From Candidatus Heimdallarchaeota archaeon (lineage in GTDB: Archaea; Asgardarchaeota; Heimdallarchaeia; Heimdallarchaeales; Kariarchaeaceae): DNA of 32,000 bases. The notes beneath the pieces were generated by a model. It made no database searches. It was not told the DNA's origin and was given only the letters and a program-made list of their open reading frames with translations. Below are positions 17,653 through 26,938 of this stretch, one piece after another. Numbering within the stretch: position 1 is the first letter of the stretch; each line of letters begins with the position of its first letter. The stretch spans positions 510,001 to 542,000 of the forward strand of contig JASBSB010000007.1 in assembly GCA_030149205.1 (NCBI GenBank). Direction: 5' to 3'. The translations under genes and the position numbers were made by a program.

Positions 17653-18615
17653 TTACTCAATTTTTTCTAATTTGACCTCAATTTCATCTTCAACTTCTAC
17701 AGTGTCTCTATATCTAACTGTACCTTCAACCTTGGTATTCTTACCGATCTTAATTATATCCCCAATAACATCACCCTTTACAACAGTATTTGAAAGTGAG
17801 ATACTCTTTCCCTCGACATTCTGCTCGATGATTAATGGTTTTGGATTCTTAACGGTTCCAAAACCTCCGATGATGTTTTTTACGATGTTGTTTATCATTG
17901 ATTTTAGCTCCAAAAAATCAATGTTATCATCAATATGAAGGTCTATATCATCATCATTCATGATATAAGAAAAGTTTCTAGAATTCACTGAGATTTCATC
18001 TGCGTACAAAGAACCCCCAATATTTCCACCACCCTCAGAAATAAATTCTAAGGCGTGAACATCCTCCTTTATATCCAATGCTCCATCAGATTTGAGCAGA
18101 TTCTTTGAGGTAAGGCTTAAACATGAGATCTTTCCACTGACCTTTATGTCATGTTGGCTTAACACATGTCCATTAACATTTAATTTCCCTGAAATTTTAA
18201 GATCCTCACCAACCTCCAAATCTTCACTAATCTCAACCTTCCCTGCAACCTTAAAATTTTCTCCAATTGAGACCCTTCCATCGACAACCATTTTTCCAGC
18301 AATCTTTGCGGTTTCAGCAATCACTAAATCGTCTTGTATTGACGCTTTTCCAGCCACAGAAAGACTTTCAGCTTCAACTTTTCCCCTAGAAATAAAGCTA
18401 CCAGCCACTTTTATTGGTCCCTTGATCTTCCCACCACCAATTGATTTCGACCCAGTTATTGATAATTTGTCCTGGTCAATTCTGTCTGGCTCTTCATGAT
18501 CCAGTAATCCTATCTTGTCAAGCTGTTGTTTAAGTGCTACATACTCATCTTCGGAGATCTCACCACTTTGCAATTTCTCTTCCAATGAATCTCGTAATGA
18601 CTTTGATTCTGTCAT
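17653..18615 (-). CDS. Bactofilin-like (polymer-forming cytoskeletal, YhbE/YhbF-type) beta-helix protein with an N-terminal SHOCT-like segment
   Basis: About nine 17-18-aa repeats (xxKVAGKxxxxxxVxxxE) plus a C-terminal beta-helix block (ISLSNTVVKGDVIGDIIKIGKNTKVEGTVRY); N-terminus LEEKLQSGEISEDEYVALKQQL. Confidence 0.8.
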   Translation of the reverse strand: MTESKSLRDSLEEKLQSGEISEDEYVALKQQLDKIGLLDHEEPDRIDQDKLSITGSKSIGGGKIKGPIKVAGSFISRGKVEAESLSVAGKASIQDDLVIAETAKIAGKMVVDGRVSIGENFKVAGKVEISEDLEVGEDLKISGKLNVNGHVLSQHDIKVSGKISCLSLTSKNLLKSDGALDIKEDVHALEFISEGGGNIGGSLYADEISVNSRNFSYIMNDDDIDLHIDDNIDFLELKSMINNIVKNIIGGFGTVKNPKPLIIEQNVEGKSISLSNTVVKGDVIGDIIKIGKNTKVEGTVRYRDTVEVEDEIEVKLEKIE

Positions 18616-18729
18616 AACTTAAGTTCTACTTACTCAAATAAATATATCTACGAATTATGTAGTTATAACATTTCTATTTGGATATTATTCTTACACCTAT
18701 GGGTTAAAGCAATAGTCTTCAGCAATTTA

Positions 18730-19932
18730 TTACTCTGATGTGATAATTCCTGTCTCTTGAATTTCAAATACAGCTTCACTTTCTGGTAAAACAGGACTGT
18801 CAAAAACCCTGATGACTCTCTTTTCTCCTTTGGATTTACGCAAATAAAATCTAGTTCCAGCCCAATGTCCCATAATGTTCCCTCCAACGGCTGTTGTTGG
18901 ATCACCAAAAAACTGAGCTGGGTTTGATTGAACTTGATTTGTTACTATAACAGCACATTCGTATGTGTCTGCAATTCTGTGTAATGTGTTCAAATGAGAG
19001 TTCAAAGTTTGCTGTCTATCGGCGAGGGTGCCTCTTCCTGAATATTCTGCCCTAAAGTGAGCTGTGACAGAATCAATGATCACAACACCATATTCAGATT
19101 GCTCTGATCCTAACCACTGCAACAACTGTACAACTGCAGCCTGTTGTTGATCTGAATTTCTAACCCTTGCATACTTAATATCTTTTAAAATATCTTCAAT
19201 TGATTTCTCCCAACCAGTTTCCTCTTTTAACCTTTGAGCCATCTGAACAATTCTTGATGGTGAGAAAGTCCCCTCAGTATCGATATATACTGCTTTCATC
19301 TCAGCCCCACCATTAACCCTAGGTAGTTGAACTGTTACAGCTAGTTGATGAGATAGTTGGGACTTTCCAGACCTAAATGCACCAAACAACTCATAGGTCT
19401 CTCCAAGCCTTACTCCACCTTTTCCAATGTCAGGAATGAAAGTCAGATTGTCTATACTTTCCGCACCAAAGGTGAAGCAAAGAGTCTCCTTTTGTTTGTT
19501 TAGTAGTTCTAATCCAGTTGTAAAGAAACCACCTCTTATATCATTTGTAATAAACTGCTGATATTTTTGTGCAGCAGCAGTAGTTAAACCATATCGTTCC
19601 TCCAATTCTTTGATAGGGGTTGTCTCCAATAACTGAAAATTAATTCCCTTCTCTCTAAGTGATTTAGCTGTGGTTGGACCAATTCCCTCCACGTCCTCTA
19701 AAGTTAGCTCAGATTGATAGGCCTCATATTTATCAGGGATCAGTTCTGAAATAGCAGACTTAATTTTTTTCATTAAAGTCCTGGTTAAACCAAGCTCCTC
19801 TAGCTCGGCAAGAGACATTTCCATGATTTGGTCTGGAGAAGACACACCAGAGCTTTCTAATATCTCTGAAGTTTTCTTCCCTAGCCCAGGTATGTCTGTC
19901 AATTTAAGGTCAATCTGACTTGATACATTCAC
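18730..19932 (-). CDS. radA: RadA/Rad51-type recombinase with a duplicated N-terminal HhH domain (start GTG 19932 preferred; ORF track uses GTG 19947)
   Basis: GAFRSGKSQ Walker A, YIDTEGTF, IIDSVTAHFRAEYSGRGTLADRQQ, TNQV, FFGDP...GGNIMGH, DSPVLPE; two HhH units (IPGLGKKT and VEGIGPTT). Confidence 0.92.
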   Translation of the reverse strand: MNVSSQIDLKLTDIPGLGKKTSEILESSGVSSPDQIMEMSLAELEELGLTRTLMKKIKSAISELIPDKYEAYQSELTLEDVEGIGPTTAKSLREKGINFQLLETTPIKELEERYGLTTAAAQKYQQFITNDIRGGFFTTGLELLNKQKETLCFTFGAESIDNLTFIPDIGKGGVRLGETYELFGAFRSGKSQLSHQLAVTVQLPRVNGGAEMKAVYIDTEGTFSPSRIVQMAQRLKEETGWEKSIEDILKDIKYARVRNSDQQQAAVVQLLQWLGSEQSEYGVVIIDSVTAHFRAEYSGRGTLADRQQTLNSHLNTLHRIADTYECAVIVTNQVQSNPAQFFGDPTTAVGGNIMGHWAGTRFYLRKSKGEKRVIRVFDSPVLPESEAVFEIQETGIITSE

Positions 19933-19954
19933 AATATTAATTATCACATTCTCA

Positions 19955-19962
19955 ATTATAAA
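19955..19962 (-). promoter_or_regulatory. TATA box of radA
   Basis: TTTATAAT on the minus strand beginning 30 nt upstream of GTG 19932. Confidence 0.5.
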
Positions 19963-20058
19963 GAGATGCTGAGACCAAATTAAAAGTAAATTCTATATGG
20001 TACCCTCTAAAACTTCGATAATTTAAGACACCTAAGCCAATAATTTGAAATAAGTATA

Positions 20059-20676
20059 ATGAGAGAAAATTTAGTGAATGAATCTATAGTATCAACAACC
20101 CTGTATTCAAGGTATGCAAAACTGCTGGCACTCATGCTTTTTTCTCAGGTATTGGTTTTTTTAATACTCAGTAACACATTTCCAACATCCATTCTACGTG
20201 TGTTTGCATTTATTTTGGCTGTGGGGTTTGTCTATATATTTTATAGGTTTTCTCTGCTCATTCAAGAGTTAATTTTCATAAAAAAAAACAAAACCAAGGT
20301 GTATCTCTCTGCCTTGACATATCTTTTTCTATCCTCCCTAGTGTATCTAATCGGGTTTCTAGGATTTCTAGTTCCTTCCGGAAGTTTTGCCTTTCTTAAT
20401 TCCTTAATTTTTGTCTTGAACCAGTTATCTGTTGGTATTTTCTTTCTCTGGCTATTATTTATAGGACAAGGATTACCAGGGGAAATGTCCTTTAGACAAA
20501 TTTATCTATATGTCGCATCACTTGGAATTTTTATTTGGACAGTAGTAGTTTTTGAGGTTATATACAGGGGAACCATTGTGTTACTCAATCTTGAAACCTT
20601 TTTTCTCTTTATTTTCTCACCTGCTGCATTGTTCTTATGGGCATCTTATCTCCCCCAAACTCTGAGGTTGAAATAA
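20059..20676 (+). CDS. Hypothetical polytopic membrane protein
   Basis: 205 aa with about six hydrophobic segments; no recognised motif. Confidence 0.65.
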   Translation: MRENLVNESIVSTTLYSRYAKLLALMLFSQVLVFLILSNTFPTSILRVFAFILAVGFVYIFYRFSLLIQELIFIKKNKTKVYLSALTYLFLSSLVYLIGFLGFLVPSGSFAFLNSLIFVLNQLSVGIFFLWLLFIGQGLPGEMSFRQIYLYVASLGIFIWTVVVFEVIYRGTIVLLNLETFFLFIFSPAALFLWASYLPQTLRLK

Positions 20677-20678
20677 AC

Positions 20679-22466
20679 TTATCGAGTTGTTTTAATTTTA
20701 TCCAGATACTTCGCTGATTGACTCTGAAAATACAATTGGTATAATTCGGCGTAGACTCCATTCCTCTCCAATAATTCATTATGGCTTCCTGTCTCCAGAA
20801 CTCGTCCTTTTTCGATAACAACAATCAGATCACTGTTTAATATTGTTGTTAGACGATGAGCAATTACTACAGCAGTTCTGTCTGATAAAAGCGAATCAGT
20901 TGCCTGTTGGATTTTAGATTCAGTATATAGATCGACCGATGATGTGGCTTCATCTAAAATTATCACCTCAGGTTTTGTTAAAAGGACCCTAGCAAATGAA
21001 ATCATTTGTCGTTGACCAGCAGATAAATTTTTTCCACCCTCTGCAACTATTGAATCTAATCCTTCAGCAAGCTCTTCAATAAATTCTTTGGCTTGTACAA
21101 CCTCTAACACCTCCCATATTACCTTATCTGTCGCTGTTGGATTGACAAATCGCAAATTGTCTCGTAACGTTCCTTTGAACAAAAACAGAGATTGACTGAC
21201 TAATCCAAAATTTTGGCGGAGAGATTGTAATTTATATTCCAAAAAGCTATTTGCTCCAATAATTATCTCACCATGAGTTGGCTCATAAAACCTCATCAGA
21301 AGATGAGCTAAGGTAGATTTTCCTGCTCCTGTATGGCCAACCAGTGCTACTTTCTTATTTGGGTTGATCTTGAATGACACATCATTCAGAATTCTTTTTC
21401 CTTTCTCATATTCAAAATCCACATGATCTACTAAAATAGGCTCATCTACAAATTCAGGAAGGTCGACTCCCAACTCCAGGTTCTCTTTGTTTTTATCATC
21501 AATCAGGTTTCTCACTCGTTCTATAGTTGCAAAAACAGATTGGAAACGTGTGTAGTTTCTGGCTAAGCCAGCTGCTGGTTCATGAAAGAAATCAATGAGA
21601 AATACAAACAAGTAAAATGTATCAAGAGATAAGTTACCTGTACTTACCTGAAAAGACCCAACCATCAATATTAAAATCAGTGACAGATTTCTCATAAAAT
21701 CATTTATTGGGCCTATAATGAAGATACCAACAGCCCTTTTCACAGATGATTTGTAAGTTGCCTCATTTGTCTGAACGAACTGAGCGATGTTAGTTTGCTC
21801 CCTTCCAAATGCCTTGCTTATTGTGATTGCTCTCATGTTTTCACTGAATCTCTGATTCACCTGCCCAAAATTTCTTCTCCATTCTTTCTCAACACGCCTC
21901 TGATACTTTCTTAATAAGAATCCAACAATGAAAAAGGTTGGGAAAAGAAGGAGAGAGATCACTGTTAGGATCGGGGAGAAAAAGAATAATATAATTATCA
22001 AAGCAAATAATTTAATGAGGTTTGCTACAATAAATGCAAAGTTGTTTCCCGTATCATAAAGCTCCTGTATGTCGTTTGTTAACGCTGAGGTTAATACACC
22101 TGTCTCATTTTGTGAGTAGAAAGAAACACTGTTGTAGACCACGTTGTTAAATGCATCAATCCTCATGTTGTTCACCACCCGAGAATTCAACCGCAAAATT
22201 AACATTCCCTGAAAAAGGGTTGTAAACCAGTTAACAATGACTATGGAAAAGTAAAGAAATATGGGCAATAACACAATCTGAAACTGAGAAAAGTTTTCAT
22301 GGACAGCTATCAAATTAGAGAAGGCAGACTTAAACAAAAAGGGAGCGATTACAGAAAGTATGATATTTAATCCGAGAAAGAGTAGTACACCTTTGAAAAA
22401 TCTTCCCTCCTGACTGACATAGCCCCATAAAAATGAAAGGTGATCTCTATCTGAACTAATCTGCAA
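20679..22466 (-). CDS. Heterodimeric ABC exporter subunit (TMD+NBD, TM288-like)
   Basis: GHTGAGKST Walker A, degenerate signature LSAGQ, Walker B IILDE, IAHRL. Confidence 0.93.
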   Translation of the reverse strand: MQISSDRDHLSFLWGYVSQEGRFFKGVLLFLGLNIILSVIAPFLFKSAFSNLIAVHENFSQFQIVLLPIFLYFSIVIVNWFTTLFQGMLILRLNSRVVNNMRIDAFNNVVYNSVSFYSQNETGVLTSALTNDIQELYDTGNNFAFIVANLIKLFALIIILFFFSPILTVISLLLFPTFFIVGFLLRKYQRRVEKEWRRNFGQVNQRFSENMRAITISKAFGREQTNIAQFVQTNEATYKSSVKRAVGIFIIGPINDFMRNLSLILILMVGSFQVSTGNLSLDTFYLFVFLIDFFHEPAAGLARNYTRFQSVFATIERVRNLIDDKNKENLELGVDLPEFVDEPILVDHVDFEYEKGKRILNDVSFKINPNKKVALVGHTGAGKSTLAHLLMRFYEPTHGEIIIGANSFLEYKLQSLRQNFGLVSQSLFLFKGTLRDNLRFVNPTATDKVIWEVLEVVQAKEFIEELAEGLDSIVAEGGKNLSAGQRQMISFARVLLTKPEVIILDEATSSVDLYTESKIQQATDSLLSDRTAVVIAHRLTTILNSDLIVVIEKGRVLETGSHNELLERNGVYAELYQLYFQSQSAKYLDKIKTTR

Positions 22467-24201
22467 TCACCTCGGGTAATTCATAATGTGAGCTGAAGAG
22501 TCTCCTATAGTAGAAGTTACGACGAATCAACTCTTCATGTGTACCTGTTCCAACTATCTCTCCCTTTTCAAGCATGACAACCAAATCAGCTCTGGCAATA
22601 ATTGAGAGTCGGTGTGTCGTAATTATGGTAGTTCTGGTTTTTAGTACATCAGAAATTGCCGTCTGTATTTGAATCTCTGTTTTCGCATCTAAAGCTGAAG
22701 CCCCATCATCAATAATCAAGATTGAAGGGTTAATAAGTAAGGCTCTTGCAATAGAAAGTCTTTGCTTTTGCCCTCCACTCAATCTGATCCCGCCCTCACC
22801 AATTATTGTTTCATACGAGTTGGGGAGCTCATGAATAAATTCGTGTGCCTGAGCTATTTTTGCAACTTCAATAACCTCTTCTAATGTGGCAGTCGGTTTA
22901 CCAAAACGAATGTTTTCTAATACAGTAGTGTTAAAAAGAAAGACATCTTGTTCAATTGTGGCAACATGTTTTCTGAGTGATTCATTTGTGTAATCTTGAA
23001 GTGGGTGACCATTTAAGAGGAGCTCTCCTGAAGTTGGAAGATATAACCTCTGTATGAGTTTTGTCAAGGTAGATTTACCAGAACCTGGTCCACCAATGAT
23101 TACCATTGTTTGCTTGTCACTAAGTTTGAGATTTAAATTTTTCAGAACCAAAGGTCTATCTTTCGAATACTTAAATGAGACATTCCGAAATTCAAGCTCT
23201 GCTTGGCTGCCATCGAAGGTAACTGTCCCCGCTGTAAATTTCCCTTGGTCTTCATCGAATATTGTCGTATGAAGCCTACCCACACTTGCAACAGATGCTA
23301 TAGCGTACCAGATCACCCATTGTATCTCATTAGACATCGCCCTAACAATTATCAAATACCCAGTCAGTGAAATTACTGTCCCTAATTGTATTAGGTTTGG
23401 GTATAACGCAGAAAGGTAGAAGGCAGCAGTTATTGTTCCTATCGCATAGATATTTACTATCAAGGAAGGATAAAAGAACACATTTTTGTCTCCCTCTTTT
23501 ATCTTAGACCTCATGTGTTTTTTACTTGCCTCTGCTATTGAGTCCTGTATCCACCTCTCAGTTACAAAACTCTTGATTTCTCTAATACCCGCAAAAGAAT
23601 CATTCATTAGTGATGTCAAGTCAGAGTAATCTGCCAATACCTCTTGGCTAAGTGGAAGAATATCTTTTCCAAACTTGAGAATCGCAAGTAATGTAATGAA
23701 CAAAAATATAGTGCCAATAAGTCCTAGGTAGAAGTTTACATAAAATGTAAGAAACAGTGCTCCACCCCAGATTGAAATGAAGGCTACCAAGACACGATAC
23801 CCCGGAGATAACCCTATGTTTATGGTTCGCGTGTCTCCAGTCGCCCTTGCCATGATTTGTCCAATATCTAATTTATCATGATAAGTCAGTGATCGATACT
23901 GCAAAGACACAAATAGCTCTTCAGTGATGTCAGTTGTAACTCGATGTGCCAAAACCTCATTAACAATTGACAGTAAAAAAAACAAAAATGCCTGGATTAT
24001 AGCTAAAATAAGGAGTAAACCAACTTGGGATGTGATCTCATTAAAGCCACCCCCCCCAAATAAATTCTGAATTATATTTCCAATTATAATTGACGGATAA
24101 ACAAAAAGTAATGGTTCAATAATTGCACCGATGAACACAAAGCTGGTTTGAAATGGGTATTTCCAATGGTGCTTGAATAGCCATAACTTCCCTGAAATCA
24201 A
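22456..24201 (-). CDS. Heterodimeric ABC exporter subunit (TMD+NBD, TM287-like)
   Basis: GGPGSGKST Walker A, canonical LSGGQ, degenerate Walker B IIDD; overlaps the partner gene by 11 bp. Confidence 0.93.
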   Translation of the reverse strand: MISGKLWLFKHHWKYPFQTSFVFIGAIIEPLLFVYPSIIIGNIIQNLFGGGGFNEITSQVGLLLILAIIQAFLFFLLSIVNEVLAHRVTTDITEELFVSLQYRSLTYHDKLDIGQIMARATGDTRTINIGLSPGYRVLVAFISIWGGALFLTFYVNFYLGLIGTIFLFITLLAILKFGKDILPLSQEVLADYSDLTSLMNDSFAGIREIKSFVTERWIQDSIAEASKKHMRSKIKEGDKNVFFYPSLIVNIYAIGTITAAFYLSALYPNLIQLGTVISLTGYLIIVRAMSNEIQWVIWYAIASVASVGRLHTTIFDEDQGKFTAGTVTFDGSQAELEFRNVSFKYSKDRPLVLKNLNLKLSDKQTMVIIGGPGSGKSTLTKLIQRLYLPTSGELLLNGHPLQDYTNESLRKHVATIEQDVFLFNTTVLENIRFGKPTATLEEVIEVAKIAQAHEFIHELPNSYETIIGEGGIRLSGGQKQRLSIARALLINPSILIIDDGASALDAKTEIQIQTAISDVLKTRTTIITTHRLSIIARADLVVMLEKGEIVGTGTHEELIRRNFYYRRLFSSHYELPEVIAD

Positions 24202-24243
24202 TACCTCATATATTAAGCAGATTATAAAAATTTGAAGGTATTA

Positions 24244-24801
24244 CTATTTCTTTGATATATGGTTTTTTTCTAATTTCTTTAGATCTTCAACAAGCTGTTC
24301 AGTCATGATTTCGATACCAAGTTCCTCCCTTGAAGAGACTAAAAAGTGCTTTTGTATGATCTCTCCACCGAGATACTTCTGAATTAAATTATTCAGGGCG
24401 ATCTGTTGACCCTTGCTTGTTAGATCAACTTTCAATCCAACTAAATATCTCAGGGTATCAGTGAATCTATTATGCGATTTTGCTATTTCAACCCAGCTCT
24501 CTATCTCTTCAATAGATGTTGTATTGCTGGTATCATAGCAAAACAGAAAGGCAGAAGCCCCCTGAACCATGTCTTGAAATATACCTGCATCACGAAAATG
24601 TGCTTGACCAGCATAATCCCAGACCTGTAATCGTATATTGTCCTTTTCATATTGAACAACGTGAAAATCAACACCAATTGTAGATTTGATCTTTTCTTCA
24701 TCTAAGTTGTGATTTGAAAGCTTAGCCATCAAGGTGGTTTTTCCGGCTCTGGGTGTTCCTAAAATTACAACCTTGTGTAAACCATCACGAGAGGTTTCCA
24801 T
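24244..24801 (-). CDS. Rab/Ras-like small GTPase
   Basis: GTPRAGKTT (G1), TIGVDF (switch I), LQVWDYAGQ (G3), GLKVDL (G4 variant); no C-terminal Cys. Confidence 0.9.
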   Translation of the reverse strand: METSRDGLHKVVILGTPRAGKTTLMAKLSNHNLDEEKIKSTIGVDFHVVQYEKDNIRLQVWDYAGQAHFRDAGIFQDMVQGASAFLFCYDTSNTTSIEEIESWVEIAKSHNRFTDTLRYLVGLKVDLTSKGQQIALNNLIQKYLGGEIIQKHFLVSSREELGIEIMTEQLVEDLKKLEKNHISKK

Positions 24802-24823
24802 GAATTAATTATAGTGGTCGGTC

Positions 24824-24831
24824 TATTTAAA
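24824..24831 (-). promoter_or_regulatory. TATA box of the small GTPase gene
   Basis: TTTAAATA on the minus strand beginning 30 nt upstream of ATG 24801. Confidence 0.55.
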
Positions 24832-24931
24832 TTAATCCGAAAGTCCTTCTTTATATGAAAGAATTTTTTTGTCATCCATTGACCTTAAGTATCATAAGTG
24901 TTTGAGGTTGTTGTTGAAACAATTAGGGTTA

Positions 24932-26938
24932 ATGAATGTTATAAAAAACCTGCAGATTCTCTTTGTTCTTTTTCTACTTTCACATGTGATAGTACCCTCA
25001 GGTCAACCCCTGAAATCAGCTCTGGCCCAAAATCAACAACCACCACTTTATAATATTAGACACGGTTTCTCAAACTTTAATCAATTTGCAATAATTGATA
25101 AGACTATGGCTGTCGCTGATGGGGCAAATGGAATCTCTCTTTTTGATCTCTCTACACCAAGTAGCCCGAAATTTCTAGGTTCCAAAAATTTTTCAATACG
25201 GTACTTAGATGCTAGGTTTGTGCGAAATGTCTCAGGGTATTTTGTGGCATATAATGGTAACTCTGGGGATTTATTTACAATAGATGTTAATAAAGAGACA
25301 GTAATCTCAACTCTCTCATTAAGTAGTATTAATATTTATAGAATGATAGCGTACCAAAACTATCTTCTTGTTATTGGGACTGATGGAATTTTTATATATT
25401 CTGTAAACACATCCGGTAAATTAATAGAAGAAAGTTCAACAGTTATTAGGGTCATTGATGCTGTAATCGTAAACAATATGATTCTTGCAAGTAATAACAC
25501 TGGATTGTACATTTCGAAGTTTTCAACTAAAAATCTCGTATTTCAGCGATTGCAGAATGGAACCCTATCTTTGACCAAACTGCTTTCTATTGGTGATCAC
25601 GTTTATTTTTATTCATCACATACATTGACAGATTTTCTAATCTTAAATAATACGGCAAACTTTCAAAAATCCATTACATTCCCCTTCATCCCGGTCTCAC
25701 TATTCATTTCAAACTCATTTCGTTATTTTGTAACGCAAAATGGCTTCGTGGTCTTAAATGAGAAGCTTGATTTTATTTCAACTCCTCAAAATTCTAATTT
25801 ATTTAAAAATGTGAACCAAGCATTATTTAGAGATAACTTTGTCTATATGACCTTTGGTGTAAATGGATTCAAGATATTTGAGAAGATCTCTAATATTACA
25901 TTTAAAGTAATATTTGAATTTAATCTACCAAGTGATGATTTCCAAAAGGTGGCATTAAATGTTGACATCCTAGCAATCTACTCTTTAGGTGAGGGAATAT
26001 ATAATTATCAAATTAAAACAGATTCTAAGCCACAGTTGATTTCTTTTATCCCCATTTATTCACATGTTTACCAGATCTCCTTTTTGGGAAAACTTCTACT
26101 GATAAACACAAATAACACTATAACCTTCTTCGATTATTCAGATCCCGTACTCCCTAAATTTATACAAGATTTGCGATTTCAGGAACAACCACTAATGAGT
26201 GTTTATGGACAGAACTTAGCGATACGGAATGGCTCTGACGTATTGATTTACAATATCTCACCACCCCAAAATTTTGTCCTCTCATCAAACTTACCAATAT
26301 CAAAAAATGTTTCAACCATTTATATCAACGACAAATCCTTGGTTGTCGGGTTTAACACCTCCGTTTATTATTATCCACAATATACGACAAACGAATTTCA
26401 AAGATTTGATCTGACAAAAATGAAACAGCTGTACAATGTCTCCTTAAACGGAGATCTCTTGATTGCCTCAGGATTCCCTTATCAGGTGGGATTTGTAGAT
26501 CTTCAAAATAACTCACATCCAATATCCTATTTTGGGGTTAACAATTTTGGACACAAAATCGTAGATAGTACCACTAACTATGTTTTCGTTTCTGCCATTG
26601 GTTCAGTATCTCTTTTTACGACCGATCGTTTTTCATCAATTGCCAAAGTGGCTGATTACGGGGCAACTCAAAGAGTCTTTGATTTTGCTGTTCATGAGTC
26701 AAGAAGACTCCTAATAACCGCAGAAGGGAATAGGGGTGTTAACATACGAACGTTTAGATTTCCCAATCAGAATCCACTCTCTATTCCTAACCTGCTTCAA
26801 TCTCTGTTTAATTCAATTCAGTCTTTCATTCCAGTAATTCTACTTATACTCATTGTTTCCGCCTTTTTACTCAATAGAAGAAGAAAGAAAAAACCCGTGA
26901 AAATAAACCCTGAAGATCTTAAACGTTATTTTAACTAG
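24932..26938 (+). CDS. Secreted, C-terminally anchored beta-propeller (LVIVD-like repeat) surface protein; start probably ATG 24932 (ORF track 24869)
   Basis: Signal-like MNVIKNLQILFVLFLLSHVIVPSG; repeats such as AVADGANGISLFDLSTPSSPKFLG and TFFDYSDPVLPKFI; C-terminal TM helix followed by RRRKKK. Confidence 0.75.
   Translation: MNVIKNLQILFVLFLLSHVIVPSGQPLKSALAQNQQPPLYNIRHGFSNFNQFAIIDKTMAVADGANGISLFDLSTPSSPKFLGSKNFSIRYLDARFVRNVSGYFVAYNGNSGDLFTIDVNKETVISTLSLSSINIYRMIAYQNYLLVIGTDGIFIYSVNTSGKLIEESSTVIRVIDAVIVNNMILASNNTGLYISKFSTKNLVFQRLQNGTLSLTKLLSIGDHVYFYSSHTLTDFLILNNTANFQKSITFPFIPVSLFISNSFRYFVTQNGFVVLNEKLDFISTPQNSNLFKNVNQALFRDNFVYMTFGVNGFKIFEKISNITFKVIFEFNLPSDDFQKVALNVDILAIYSLGEGIYNYQIKTDSKPQLISFIPIYSHVYQISFLGKLLLINTNNTITFFDYSDPVLPKFIQDLRFQEQPLMSVYGQNLAIRNGSDVLIYNISPPQNFVLSSNLPISKNVSTIYINDKSLVVGFNTSVYYYPQYTTNEFQRFDLTKMKQLYNVSLNGDLLIASGFPYQVGFVDLQNNSHPISYFGVNNFGHKIVDSTTNYVFVSAIGSVSLFTTDRFSSIAKVADYGATQRVFDFAVHESRRLLITAEGNRGVNIRTFRFPNQNPLSIPNLLQSLFNSIQSFIPVILLILIVSAFLLNRRRKKKPVKINPEDLKRYFN

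Noticed and set aside
24050-24057. C8 homopolymer in the ABC exporter gene (and G7 near 27524) as a phase-variation tract
   Set aside because: Reading frames are intact and the tracts encode Gly-rich or Pro-Pro segments; no other evidence of slippage
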